37,115 nucleotides of DNA from a virus. The notes under the pieces are model-generated. The model was not told the origin of the DNA and ran no database searches. It saw nothing but the letters and a program-made list of their open reading frames with translations. A program made the translations under genes and the position numbers. The stretch lies in IMG/VR virus record IMGVR_UViG_3300019487_000014, positions 1 through 37,115 of that record. One strand, given 5' to 3'. Below are positions 24,450-32,469 of this stretch, piece after piece. Within the stretch, counting starts at the first letter, position 1. Each line of letters starts with the position of its first letter.

Positions 24450-24691
24450 TGAACGAAAAAACGCGGAACATCCTTTACCAGATCGGCCAACTTCAGGAGA
24501 CTCTCGCGCTCACCCGAGACGATGAGGACTATGCTCGATTCAACTTTGCCGTTAAAGCGACCGTTCTCGACCTTCAAGATCAATGGATCGCCGCCCGCGC
24601 TCAAGAGGTTCGCGAACAATTCGAGAACGAGAGACGCCAGCGACACGAGGAAGAACGTCAAAAGCAGATGCAAAACGCGTACGGTCGGTGA
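24446..24691 (+). CDS. Hypothetical helical protein (81 aa)
   Basis: ATGA overlap. Charged helical sequence. Confidence 0.5.
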   Translation: MMNEKTRNILYQIGQLQETLALTRDDEDYARFNFAVKATVLDLQDQWIAARAQEVREQFENERRQRHEEERQKQMQNAYGR

Positions 24692-25113
24692 TGACAACCT
24701 TTTCAAACGACGAGCTCGTGTTCGAGTTCATCCGGCAAACAATAGTCAAGCGCCTCGAGGCGATGGAGGTTTATTCTACGCACAATTCTTTCGAGATGCT
24801 CCGAGACGCCTTCTCAGACGCATACCTCGCTCGCTTTTGCGGATACCTCGCCGCCGAGCACCTTGAGGATTCGCGCCACGCCTTCACGATTTCCTATCCG
24901 GCTACATGGTGGCAAGCGTTCAAACTAAAGTATTTTCCGACGTGGGCTCGCGAACGGTGGCCGATTCGTTACGAGACAAAAACTCACTCCGTTCACTTCG
25001 AGCGAAAACAAGTATACCCGCGATTCGCGAAATACTTCCCGGACGCGGCGAAGGGCGGGAGAGAGATAATAATAAAGCACGTCTATGACAGCGACGAAGA
25101 TAAAACAAACTGA
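24691..25113 (+). CDS. Hypothetical protein (140 aa)
   Basis: TGATG junction with the upstream gene. No motif recognised. Confidence 0.5.
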   Translation: MTTFSNDELVFEFIRQTIVKRLEAMEVYSTHNSFEMLRDAFSDAYLARFCGYLAAEHLEDSRHAFTISYPATWWQAFKLKYFPTWARERWPIRYETKTHSVHFERKQVYPRFAKYFPDAAKGGREIIIKHVYDSDEDKTN

Positions 25114-25447
25114 GCTTTTCAGCGTGATCAACCGAGACGAAGTTTCGTTCATGGCGCCGGCACGGTACCCGAGCGAGCCCGGCCATCAAATGCGCGACAC
25201 GAGTCTCGCCGCCGCCCGAAGGATGAGGGAGATCGACAAAGGGCTCCGCGAGAAGGCGCTCGAGGTTCTCAGGGCGCGCGGGCCGATGACGGCCGACGAG
25301 CTCGCGGAAGCAATGGGCGAGCTCCCCGGCTCCATCCGGCCGAGACTATCTCAGCTCAATACCTCCGGGCTCGTCGAAGCTACGGGCTCGCGCCGGCCGA
25401 ATAAACAGGGTAATCCTATGATTGTGTGGAGAGCGAAAAAGGGGTAA
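25085..25447 (+). CDS. Winged-helix (MarR-like) DNA-binding protein
   Basis: GPMTADELAEAMGELPGSIRPRLSQLNTSGLVEATGSRRPNKQGNPMIVW fits the wHTH recognition helix plus wing pattern. An alternative start lies at 25151. Confidence 0.65.
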   Translation: MTATKIKQTELFSVINRDEVSFMAPARYPSEPGHQMRDTSLAAARRMREIDKGLREKALEVLRARGPMTADELAEAMGELPGSIRPRLSQLNTSGLVEATGSRRPNKQGNPMIVWRAKKG

Positions 25448-25449
25448 TT

Positions 25450-25761
25450 ATGGCCGAAGACGAAGCCTCGTTCGAGATACAATTAATTGAGGCTAACGAG
25501 TTACTTTACAATGAAGCCCGCTTCCGGAACGCTCAGCTCCACGTTCTCACGAATCACGCAAAATTGCTCGTTCGTGACGCCGACACGCTCCTCGGAATCC
25601 TTCGCTTCGAGAACACCCCGCAAAACAAAGACGCTCTCGATTTCAGCGTCGATCGATACTTGGAATCACGGCGAAAACTCGAGGCCGTATGCCATCTAAC
25701 GCGCGACGAATGGCTCGATCGAATTATGGCCGCCGCTCGAAATACGGCGCAAAGAGGGTAG
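25450..25761 (+). CDS. Hypothetical protein (103 aa)
   Basis: AAGGGG RBS before the ATG at 25450. No motif recognised. Confidence 0.5.
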   Translation: MAEDEASFEIQLIEANELLYNEARFRNAQLHVLTNHAKLLVRDADTLLGILRFENTPQNKDALDFSVDRYLESRRKLEAVCHLTRDEWLDRIMAAARNTAQRG

Positions 25762-26054
25762 TCACGCACAACGGAGAGAAGTTCGCGTCGAAGCGCGAGT
25801 ATTCTCGATACGGTGAACTTCTTTGGGAAGTGAAGGCCGGCGTCGTGTGGGATCTCGAGCGACAAGTTCGATTCGATTTTATTGTGAACGGTAAAAAAGT
25901 GGGATGGTATACGCTCGATTTTGTTTATCGGCGAAAGGATGTCCCGAAAAAGGTCGCGGAGGAGTTGAAAGGTTACGCCGCGAGAGACTACGCTTTGAGG
26001 CGCAATCTCTTTAAGGCGCTGTACCCGGAATATCAATTCGTAGAAACAAAGTGA
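25689..26054 (+). CDS. DUF1064-family nuclease (putative Holliday-junction resolvase-like)
   Basis: SKYGAKRVVTHNGEKFASKREYSRYGELLW...LERQVRFDF...YTLDFVY...ELKGY...LRRNLFKALYPE follows the DUF1064 pattern. An alternative start lies at 25710. Confidence 0.75.
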   Translation: MPSNARRMARSNYGRRSKYGAKRVVTHNGEKFASKREYSRYGELLWEVKAGVVWDLERQVRFDFIVNGKKVGWYTLDFVYRRKDVPKKVAEELKGYAARDYALRRNLFKALYPEYQFVETK

Positions 26055-26482
26055 GAAACGATATGGCAAAGACAGAACAGCTTCCGGCGTTCCCGGAGGA
26101 AGACAAGCTCCGAAAGCTCTCGGACGAGATCAACGCATGTTATGCGCGCGTCGGTCGAAAGCTCGGCGAGATAAAGGAGTTCGGGCAGTTCTTCAAACTC
26201 TCGAGCGATTATTTCGTTGCGCTCAACGAGACGACGGTGAAGGACATCGACGAGCTCATTCTCGAGAACGTCCGCTTCGGTAAGACGAAGGCGGAGAAAC
26301 TCGTCGAGATTCTCGCTCAGTGCGCGAAAGAGATCACCGATGCTCGGACGCTCGCCGCGAAATTCGACGAGAAGGAGAGCGAGTTCCTCAAGTTGAACAA
26401 TCTGAAGGAACTTCCTCCGGGTTTGCGCGTCACCGAATCTCGAACGATTAAAAACGAAGAAGCGACGGAGGATCGCATATGA
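26051..26482 (+). CDS. Hypothetical protein (GTG start overlapping the upstream stop; alternative ATG at 26063)
   Basis: ORF in the coupled early gene chain. No motif recognised. Confidence 0.5.
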   Translation: MRNDMAKTEQLPAFPEEDKLRKLSDEINACYARVGRKLGEIKEFGQFFKLSSDYFVALNETTVKDIDELILENVRFGKTKAEKLVEILAQCAKEITDARTLAAKFDEKESEFLKLNNLKELPPGLRVTESRTIKNEEATEDRI

Positions 26483-26850
26483 GAGAAGTCGCGTTCGAGA
26501 AAACAAACGTTTGCCTCGAGAACTGCACGATCACGGCCGACGACAGAGATCCAAAAAGCGGCGCGAGCCACGAATACACGATCATCGTCAATCGCGGCGA
26601 CCTCGCCGATCCGATTGTTGCGAAAATCGAGTTTCAAAACGGGCCGCTCAAGGAAAACGGTGTCAACGGCATGACGAACGAGGCGCTTCTGGCGATCGTC
26701 GTCGACCGGCTCGAGGGGTTTCAGGAAGGGCAATTCGCCTCGCGCGAGTCGGCTCTCGCCCTAACGGCGGTTCAAAACGCCCTGCACTGGTTACATCACC
26801 GGACACGTCAACGCATAGCTCGAGGAGTTGAGGGAACATGGACGAAATAA
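26479..26850 (+). CDS. Conserved phage protein of unknown function (FQNGP...NG...RL-x-x-FQ...R-x-x-RGVEGT signature)
   Basis: IEFQNGPLKENGVNGMTNEALLAIVVDRLEGFQEGQFASRESALALTAVQNALHWLHHRTRQRIARGVEGT. I recall this signature from many phages (possibly the N4 gp49/Sf6 gp66-type family), but this is unverified. Confidence 0.5.
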   Translation: MREVAFEKTNVCLENCTITADDRDPKSGASHEYTIIVNRGDLADPIVAKIEFQNGPLKENGVNGMTNEALLAIVVDRLEGFQEGQFASRESALALTAVQNALHWLHHRTRQRIARGVEGTWTK

Positions 26851-27221
26851 CAGAAAAACAGGACACATCGAAGCTTCTTCCGGAAGATGCCTTTATGATG
26901 CGTTACGGCTTGACGATGTCGGAGATGCACGAGAAATTCTTCGACATCGCCTATACCGCCGTGCTTAAGGAAGTTCTTCCGGCGCGGCCGTGGACGAAGC
27001 GCGATCCGAAAAATAATCTCGCGGCCGATAACGCAACGCACGATTGGGCTCACCGGACGGCACGAATCGCGAACATCTTCGCCTTTCATGTCGTCGAGTT
27101 CCGGAAGCTTCAAGCCGGCATACTTCCGCCGCTTAACGTTCAAGAACCGGAAGCGCCGGACGGAGATCAAGCGAGCGAACCATCAAACGAAGAACAGGGA
27201 GAAACAGCAAATGCACAATGA
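26838..27221 (+). CDS. Hypothetical protein (127 aa)
   Basis: ORF with an acidic C-terminus. No motif recognised. Confidence 0.5.
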   Translation: MDEITEKQDTSKLLPEDAFMMRYGLTMSEMHEKFFDIAYTAVLKEVLPARPWTKRDPKNNLAADNATHDWAHRTARIANIFAFHVVEFRKLQAGILPPLNVQEPEAPDGDQASEPSNEEQGETANAQ

Positions 27222-27588
27222 AATAAAAAACGCGCTCGAAACGGAGCAAGTCAGGCCGTCGGCGATGATCGGCGCGGCTATGGGATTCGGAGCGGGGTTC
27301 ACGGCGGGAAAGGTCGAGATGTCGGACGAGGATAAAGCGACGCTCGAGAAAGCTCACGACGTGATTCTCCGACAGCAAACGGCCGAGAAGGAACAGGCTC
27401 TCGCTCACTACGCTTCTCGGACGTTGACGGAGCTCACCTTCCGGCTCGCAATGCAACTCGTGATCCACGGAACGGAGAAAACCGTCATCGGCGCGATTGA
27501 GACGGCGAAGGTTCACTCCGAACGCCTTCTCAGCGAGTGGCGAGAATCCGGAGGGGATCCGAATGATCTCGTGCGCCTGATTCGGTAA
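27211..27588 (+). CDS. Hypothetical protein (125 aa)
   Basis: GGGAG RBS before the ATG at 27211. Contains a Gly-rich hydrophobic segment, SAMIGAAMGFGAGFTAG. Confidence 0.5.
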   Translation: MHNEIKNALETEQVRPSAMIGAAMGFGAGFTAGKVEMSDEDKATLEKAHDVILRQQTAEKEQALAHYASRTLTELTFRLAMQLVIHGTEKTVIGAIETAKVHSERLLSEWRESGGDPNDLVRLIR

Positions 27589-27667
27589 TCGGGTAAACTC
27601 CCGGCGCATGGAAACCGCCCTGATACTTGTTTTTTTATTTATCAACTCACTCGGGATTTATAGACTT

Positions 27668-27994
27668 ATGTCAGACGCAGCAGATTTCAAGGCCGACGTT
27701 GCCTTGCTCCAAGAAAAAGTGAACCTCGTCGCAAGCGGCTTCGTTGTCGTCAAAGCGGCGATCGATCAACTCCGCGCGGACATCGCCGGGGGTGCAACTC
27801 TCAAACAAGCGGATCTCGATGCTCTCGATTCTCAAGTCGAGCTCATGACTTCGACGCTTGCCGGAGTCGTGAAGGCGCAAGAGGAAGCCGTCGCGGGGGA
27901 GTCTCCCTCGAGCGAGCCATCCGGGGAGCCTTCGAGTGGCTCGACGGAATCCTCGGATTCGGCGCCTTCGGGTGACGTTGCTCCGACCGAATAG
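27668..27994 (+). CDS. Coiled-coil protein with Ser/Glu/Pro-rich acidic tail (108 aa; ORF track offers an upstream ATG at 27608)
   Basis: The preferred start follows an AT-rich, non-coding-looking stretch (27625-27667) and has no SD. The gene is followed by a hairpin plus T-run. Confidence 0.5.
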   Translation: MSDAADFKADVALLQEKVNLVASGFVVVKAAIDQLRADIAGGATLKQADLDALDSQVELMTSTLAGVVKAQEEAVAGESPSSEPSGEPSSGSTESSDSAPSGDVAPTE

Positions 27995-28008
27995 ATCGAC
28001 TTAGCCTT

Positions 28009-28052
28009 CCCCCTCGCGTTGCTTACGTGCCCCGGTGACGCGAGGGGTTTTT
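28009..28052 (+). terminator. Candidate terminator
   Basis: CCCCTCGCG (28010-28018) pairs with CGCGAGGGG (28039-28047), followed by TTTTT. The 20-nt loop weakens the call. Confidence 0.4.
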
Positions 28053-28064
28053 CTCAAGGGTTTT

Positions 28065-28433
28065 ATGCTCGTCACGATCGATACCGGCGGACTGATTCAG
28101 TTCCTCTTGCTCGGAGATATTCCGGGCGGCGACGATGATCGAGTCGCGATCGGAATCTCCCGAGTCGCCTATCTCTCCGAAAAAGATCCCGGTCACATCT
28201 TCCTTGACGCCGCGCGGTGGCATGATGCGGCGTATACGAACGGCGCTTCAATTCAGAAGGAATGGCCGCGATGGAAGGTCGACGTCGAGTTTCTCGACAA
28301 GATGCTCGCCGAAGTTCACTCCGATCTCTATATTTATTCCGCCGCCGAAAAACTCGCGCTCGAGAAAGAAGCAATGACGCTTTTTCTCGTCGTTCGCAAA
28401 TACGGCGGCGCGGCGTGGGAAGGTGAAGAATGA
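28065..28433 (+). CDS. Hypothetical protein, weak DUF1353-like resemblance (ORF-track GTG start at 28035 lies inside the hairpin)
   Basis: AARWHDAAY ... VDVEFLDKM ... VVRKYGGAAW resembles the DUF1353 HD/aD/VR-x-x-G pattern. Confidence 0.4.
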   Translation: MLVTIDTGGLIQFLLLGDIPGGDDDRVAIGISRVAYLSEKDPGHIFLDAARWHDAAYTNGASIQKEWPRWKVDVEFLDKMLAEVHSDLYIYSAAEKLALEKEAMTLFLVVRKYGGAAWEGEE

Positions 28434-28660
28434 GCAATCCGAAAAAACGCTCGCGCCGGCCGTTCTCACGCGAACAGATGCGCGCTCGAGCGATGAACCG
28501 TATGCTCTCGCTCAGCGAGAAAACGATTCACATCCTTTCCGTTACCGGACAATTAACCTTTTTCGATCCGGAGAAGGCGCGAAGCCGCAAATCGCGGCGC
28601 CGTCAAATGAAAAACTATGAGCGTTTTCAAGAAAGATTTTACAGAGAGTATCGAGGCTGA
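28430..28660 (+). CDS. Small basic protein (76 aa)
   Basis: ATGA overlap with the upstream gene. Rich in Arg and Lys. Confidence 0.45.
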   Translation: MSNPKKRSRRPFSREQMRARAMNRMLSLSEKTIHILSVTGQLTFFDPEKARSRKSRRRQMKNYERFQERFYREYRG

Positions 28661-28874
28661 GTGCCGCAAAATCTCAGCGGTGCACAACGCTTCAATCGAA
28701 TCTCTGATTTTGAACTATCTCGAACTCACCGGACTTTCGATCGACGAGATCGAACTTGTCGAGAAGCGAAACGACGACATGACCCGATCGTATTGGTGTC
28801 AGAAAAGAAAAGAGCCGGGTAAATTTTGGCAAAATGCCTTCGTTCACCCGGCTATTTTGAAGGTGAAAGGCTAA
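28617..28874 (+). CDS. Hypothetical protein (85 aa)
   Basis: The ORF overlaps the upstream gene by 44 nt. No motif recognised. Confidence 0.45.
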   Translation: MSVFKKDFTESIEAECRKISAVHNASIESLILNYLELTGLSIDEIELVEKRNDDMTRSYWCQKRKEPGKFWQNAFVHPAILKVKG

Positions 28875-28980
28875 CAGCCTTTGCCGCCCTTCTTCCCGCC
28901 TTTCGGCTTGTCTTTCTTGCCCATAAAATGAAGCTCCAAATTTTGCTGTTACCCGCTCATTTTAATGCTACTGTGCTTTT

Positions 28981-29340
28981 ATGCAACTAAGTTCTGATAT
29001 TTCCGTTTCGGTCGACATCACGGCGAAGCGCCGCGACACCTTCGACGCCGCCTTCGAGGTCGTCGACTCGAGCGGGAACCCCTTCACGTTCTCAACTCAC
29101 ACGGCAAAAATGGAAGTGCGGGAAACGCTCGCAAGCGACGGCGGCGCCGTGCTCGTCACCCTGAACAGCCCGAGCGAGCTCATTCTCACAGCCGGACTCG
29201 TCACGATGACGAAGGACAAGGCGAGCATGGACATCGCGCCGGGAGAGTATTTCTATGATCTGCAAATCACTTACCCGGATACCAAGCTGAAAACTTGGGC
29301 ATACGGAGCCTTCATCGTCACCGACGACGTCACGACGTAG
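28981..29340 (+). CDS. Ig-like (BppU-N-like) structural-type domain protein
   Basis: 119 aa. GEYFYDLQITYPDTKLKTWAYGAFIVTDDVT matches the G-x-Y-x-Y-D-L-Q ... G-x-F-x-V-x-x-D-V pattern of phage Ig-like fibre/baseplate domains. No SD; TACTGT lies 6 nt before the ATG. Confidence 0.55.
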   Translation: MQLSSDISVSVDITAKRRDTFDAAFEVVDSSGNPFTFSTHTAKMEVRETLASDGGAVLVTLNSPSELILTAGLVTMTKDKASMDIAPGEYFYDLQITYPDTKLKTWAYGAFIVTDDVTT

Positions 29341-29548
29341 ATTTTACGCTGAGCGGAATCCCATCATCTCCGAGTTGAATCTCGAGCGTCGGAACTCCCG
29401 GAATTGAGAGGTCGATTGAAACGGCCGCGAGCACGATCTCGGCGGTCGGAGTGTCGGGGATGGTGAGCGTCGCGAGAACGTCAAAGCGCGCGGCAAAGAC
29501 CGGCGGCGGAACGGCGTCGTTGTAGTGGAAAAACACGAGTAGGCTCAT
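29330..29548 (-). CDS. Hypothetical protein (72 aa), last gene of the leftward arm
   Basis: ATGA overlap with the upstream gene. Its 3' end overlaps the convergent + strand gene by 11 nt. Confidence 0.45.
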   Translation of the reverse strand: MSLLVFFHYNDAVPPPVFAARFDVLATLTIPDTPTAEIVLAAVSIDLSIPGVPTLEIQLGDDGIPLSVKSTS

Positions 29549-30144
29549 CCTACCCCCAAGGCCGCGAGCTGTTTAATCGTCGCCGCCGCCGCGACCTGCG
29601 AAAGAAAAATATGCGTCAAGAAAGTATTGTCGGACGCCGCCGCCGTCGTTCCGATTTTTAAAACGAACGTCGTCGACGCGAAGGTGATCGTCGTTGAAGC
29701 ATTATTTGTGCCCCAATCTGTATCGCTTGTTCGCTCGACGTTTGTCGCATCGACATAATGATCGGACGCGCAAGAGGCGTCGTTAACGATCACACCCTTT
29801 GACGTGGTGTTGTCGAAAACTTCCGCCTTTTGGTTTATTCGGGTGTTTGTCCGATCGCCGACTGAGACGCGAATGATGTAATCGCCCGCGGCCGGTAAAT
29901 CCACCCGAAACACGAGAACGCGATCCTGAGAGCCCGAGGAGTTCGTGAAATGTCCGCCGGCTTGTCGCCTGTTCGCGGTGTTGTCTCGATCGCGAGTTCG
30001 GTCGCCGCCTAGTCCGTCGGTGAATCCGAACGTGACGCTGTTTCTTGTAACGGGATAGTTCTCCTTGAGGCAATACGTCTCGTCCGTTCCGTCCGTGACG
30101 AAACCGGAGGTGTCACGAAAATTGAATCCTTTGTCCCAAGCCAT
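29545..30144 (-). CDS. Putative tail fibre/receptor-binding accessory protein (199 aa)
   Basis: The N-terminus MAWDKGFNFRDTSGFVTDGTDETY...YPVTRNSVTFGF resembles a family I recall from uncultured podophage fibre regions. Beta-rich. Confidence 0.4.
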   Translation of the reverse strand: MAWDKGFNFRDTSGFVTDGTDETYCLKENYPVTRNSVTFGFTDGLGGDRTRDRDNTANRRQAGGHFTNSSGSQDRVLVFRVDLPAAGDYIIRVSVGDRTNTRINQKAEVFDNTTSKGVIVNDASCASDHYVDATNVERTSDTDWGTNNASTTITFASTTFVLKIGTTAAASDNTFLTHIFLSQVAAAATIKQLAALGVG

Positions 30145-30158
30145 TCGCTTTTAAACTG

Positions 30159-31646
30159 TTACGCATACCAAAGATTGATGATGAGGTCGTTTGCTGCGAC
30201 CGCGGCAGAATCGCTGTCGGCTAAGCCGGTAACTGTCGTGATCGCGATGCCGGTTCCGAACGCGATCCCGATCGGGCTGAACACGTTCGCGCCGCTGAGC
30301 GGGGGAATAACAAGCGAGAAGAAGACGGAAGCGCCGGCCGTGGGAGTTCCTGAAGCGTTGTGAAATGCGACCTTTCGAGCCGCGGCGTTCGAGTTGTAAA
30401 TATACCAGCCGTAGAGTTGTCCCGCTGAAGCTTTGATGTTCGTCGCGTTCGTCGAGCCCGCGGAAACAAGGTGAAAAGTCGTGAGCCCGCCGCTCGTGAA
30501 CGGACTAATGATCGAGTTGCTGTGTTGCCGCCCGTTTGCATCGACGAGGAGCGGAACATAATCGCCGTTTGCTCCGGTCGCCGCCGCGGTGTCGGCTCGA
30601 ACCGCGAGCGCCATCACCCCGACATCGCCGGAAGCGGCGACCGCGTCTTCCGCCTTCCCGAGATTCGTCGCGCCGACTCCCGGAATGATTTGCGTCACGT
30701 CGACATCGAGGCCGTTCGTCGCGTCGCCGCCGATGAGCGCGCCCGCCGCGGTGAGAACCGTCGCCTGAGCGCCGTTTCTTAGGTACCACGCACGAACAGA
30801 GTCGGTGTCGGCAGATACAGCCGAAGGAGCCGCGGCCGAAGCATATCCGCCGACGAGAACCGGGTTCACGGCCGAGGCCGCGCCATCGTGCGCGACCGAT
30901 CCGGCCGGCTGAGTCGCGAAGGTTCCGGCGTTCGTTACCGCGTGAGATCCGACCGTCACGGTTCCGGTGATCGGAATCCCGGTCGCCGCAATAAATCGAA
31001 GTTTAGCCGAAATTGAGCCGGTCGCCGAGGCCGCGTCCGCGTTAGCGCCGAAAGGATCGGCCGGAACGGTGAGAACGTCGACGTCGCCGATGTTATTCGT
31101 CCCGGCCGGAATCGCGGCGCCGATTGTGACAGAGTTCGAGCCGGCGAGGGTTACTTTCACCGAATCGTTCGTGTCGTCCATTGCGGAATCACCGTTCGGC
31201 GTCTCGAGACAAGCGAGGAGAGCTCGCCGCTGAGTCATCGCGAACGCGCCGCCGTCGTTGTCGTCGACGGTGTCTCGGCTCGACCGATACGTTCCGCCGG
31301 CCGGCGTGAAGTTCGTCGTTCCGACCGTGAACGCCGCATCGTCGACCATCGCCGTGCCGCCCGAACCGGCTCCGGCGATGATATTGACGCGGAGCGCGTT
31401 GTTCGCGTCATCCATGCACGAATCGCCGACAGAGTCCTGAACGGTGATCGGGATCTTCGACTGGTTCGAGGCGATCGCTACGGGGAGCGAAGCCGCCATC
31501 GCCGCCTGACCGCCGGAGAGCGGTGAGGGGGTGCCGACGGAGGGAGTGAGATCGAGGCTAACAAGTTGAGTGTGAGAGAGGTCGCCGCGCTCGAGTGTCG
31601 TGATGATCGAGCCGACGCCGGGGGTCCACGGAAGATTATTAGCCAT
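30159..31646 (-). CDS. Putative tail spike/receptor-binding protein (495 aa)
   Basis: Gly/Ala/Thr/Ser/Val-rich and beta-rich. A recurring motif D-x-(A/T)-N-x-(L/V)-x-V appears (MDDANNALRVNI, MDDTNDSVKVTL, GDATNGLDVDV, LVDANGRQ). Jelly-roll-like C-terminus. Confidence 0.45.
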   Translation of the reverse strand: MANNLPWTPGVGSIITTLERGDLSHTQLVSLDLTPSVGTPSPLSGGQAAMAASLPVAIASNQSKIPITVQDSVGDSCMDDANNALRVNIIAGAGSGGTAMVDDAAFTVGTTNFTPAGGTYRSSRDTVDDNDGGAFAMTQRRALLACLETPNGDSAMDDTNDSVKVTLAGSNSVTIGAAIPAGTNNIGDVDVLTVPADPFGANADAASATGSISAKLRFIAATGIPITGTVTVGSHAVTNAGTFATQPAGSVAHDGAASAVNPVLVGGYASAAAPSAVSADTDSVRAWYLRNGAQATVLTAAGALIGGDATNGLDVDVTQIIPGVGATNLGKAEDAVAASGDVGVMALAVRADTAAATGANGDYVPLLVDANGRQHSNSIISPFTSGGLTTFHLVSAGSTNATNIKASAGQLYGWYIYNSNAAARKVAFHNASGTPTAGASVFFSLVIPPLSGANVFSPIGIAFGTGIAITTVTGLADSDSAAVAANDLIINLWYA

Positions 31647-31652
31647 GCTCTC

Positions 31653-32114
31653 CTAGTTCGTCGTGATACCGATTTTCAAATCAACGTCCGCCGTGCTCGC
31701 AAACGTCGGAGCGCCTCGAGAGAGGAGCGCGATATAAAGCTCGCCGCCGTTCTTCTTTGAGGCCGTAAAAGGAAGCGGAGCCGGCAGAACTTTGAACTTG
31801 ATTCCGTTGTCGACGTAGTTGAAGCGATCCGCCGTTGCGAGAAGAATCGAGCCCGCAACCTTCGGAAGATCCCCATCGTCGACGTCGAACGGGTTATTTA
31901 TCGAAAAGGTCGTGAGCGTCGGATCTTGCTCGAAGATCACAACCTCGAAATCGACCGCCGTCGATGCCAAGTCTCCCATTTTGATCGAGCGAATCAGTCC
32001 GGAAGAACAGAGAACCGGAACAACGAGCTTCGCGCAAAGAAGCTCACCCGTTGCGTACGCCGCCGCCTGAACGACGACGGAAACGCTTATTGATTTGTTG
32101 TAATGTTCGGCCAT
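31653..32114 (-). CDS. Beta-rich protein (153 aa), possibly related to the C-terminal domain of the 495-aa protein
   Basis: The C-terminus GELYIALLSRGAPTFASTADVDLKIGI resembles GIAITTVTGLADSDSAAVAANDLIINLWY of the next gene. Confidence 0.4.
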   Translation of the reverse strand: MAEHYNKSISVSVVVQAAAYATGELLCAKLVVPVLCSSGLIRSIKMGDLASTAVDFEVVIFEQDPTLTTFSINNPFDVDDGDLPKVAGSILLATADRFNYVDNGIKFKVLPAPLPFTASKKNGGELYIALLSRGAPTFASTADVDLKIGITTN

Positions 32115-32133
32115 TTTTTCCCCCTTGTGGTTT

Positions 32134-32469
32134 TTATTCTTCCGGTTCGGGCGTCGGCGTCGGCGTCGCTTGCGCGCATCCTTCCGAAACCGTCGTCACG
32201 TTATTCACCGAGCTCTCGACGCCGTCACAACTGGTCGTCTCCTCGAAGGTGCCATCCGGACGAGTGTCGAACTTGCAAGAGCAATTCGTTTCGCCGTGAA
32301 TTTGATGATCGTCCGAATTGTCGACGGTCGTGCTCGTCGAGGTCGTCGGGCTGAGCGTGTCGCCGCATCCGCTAGGGCTGAACAAGAACAGGAGGCTCGG
32401 GAGTAGGAGCGGGAGAAGGAGCCCCGAGAACGGCCGTCGCGATTTCTTTTCCTGAATTATCTGGAACAT
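32134..32469 (-). CDS. Cys-rich lipoprotein (111 aa from the ATG with an AAGGGA RBS)
   Basis: MFQIIQEKKSRRPFSGLLLPLLLPSLLFLFSPSGC: positive n-region, hydrophobic core and a Cys preceded by S-G. The mature part has 5 further Cys and a TPTPTPEPEE tail. Confidence 0.55.
   Translation of the reverse strand: MFQIIQEKKSRRPFSGLLLPLLLPSLLFLFSPSGCGDTLSPTTSTSTTVDNSDDHQIHGETNCSCKFDTRPDGTFEETTSCDGVESSVNNVTTVSEGCAQATPTPTPEPEE

Noticed and set aside
27608-27667. An upstream ATG giving a hydrophobic N-terminal extension (METALILVFLFINSLGIYRL) to the coiled-coil protein.
   Set aside because: The extension is encoded by the most AT-rich, non-coding-looking stretch of the region and has no RBS. I prefer 27668 as the start, but peptide evidence could reverse this.
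28871-28924. A 17-aa Lys/Gly-rich ORF (MGKKDKPKGGKKGGKGC) on the minus strand, with GGAG 9 nt upstream, in the 106-nt gap before the Ig-like gene.
   Set aside because: It is isolated on the opposite strand with no evident promoter, is very short and low-complexity, and overlaps a hairpin at the end of the upstream + strand gene. I cannot distinguish it from chance without conservation or translation data.
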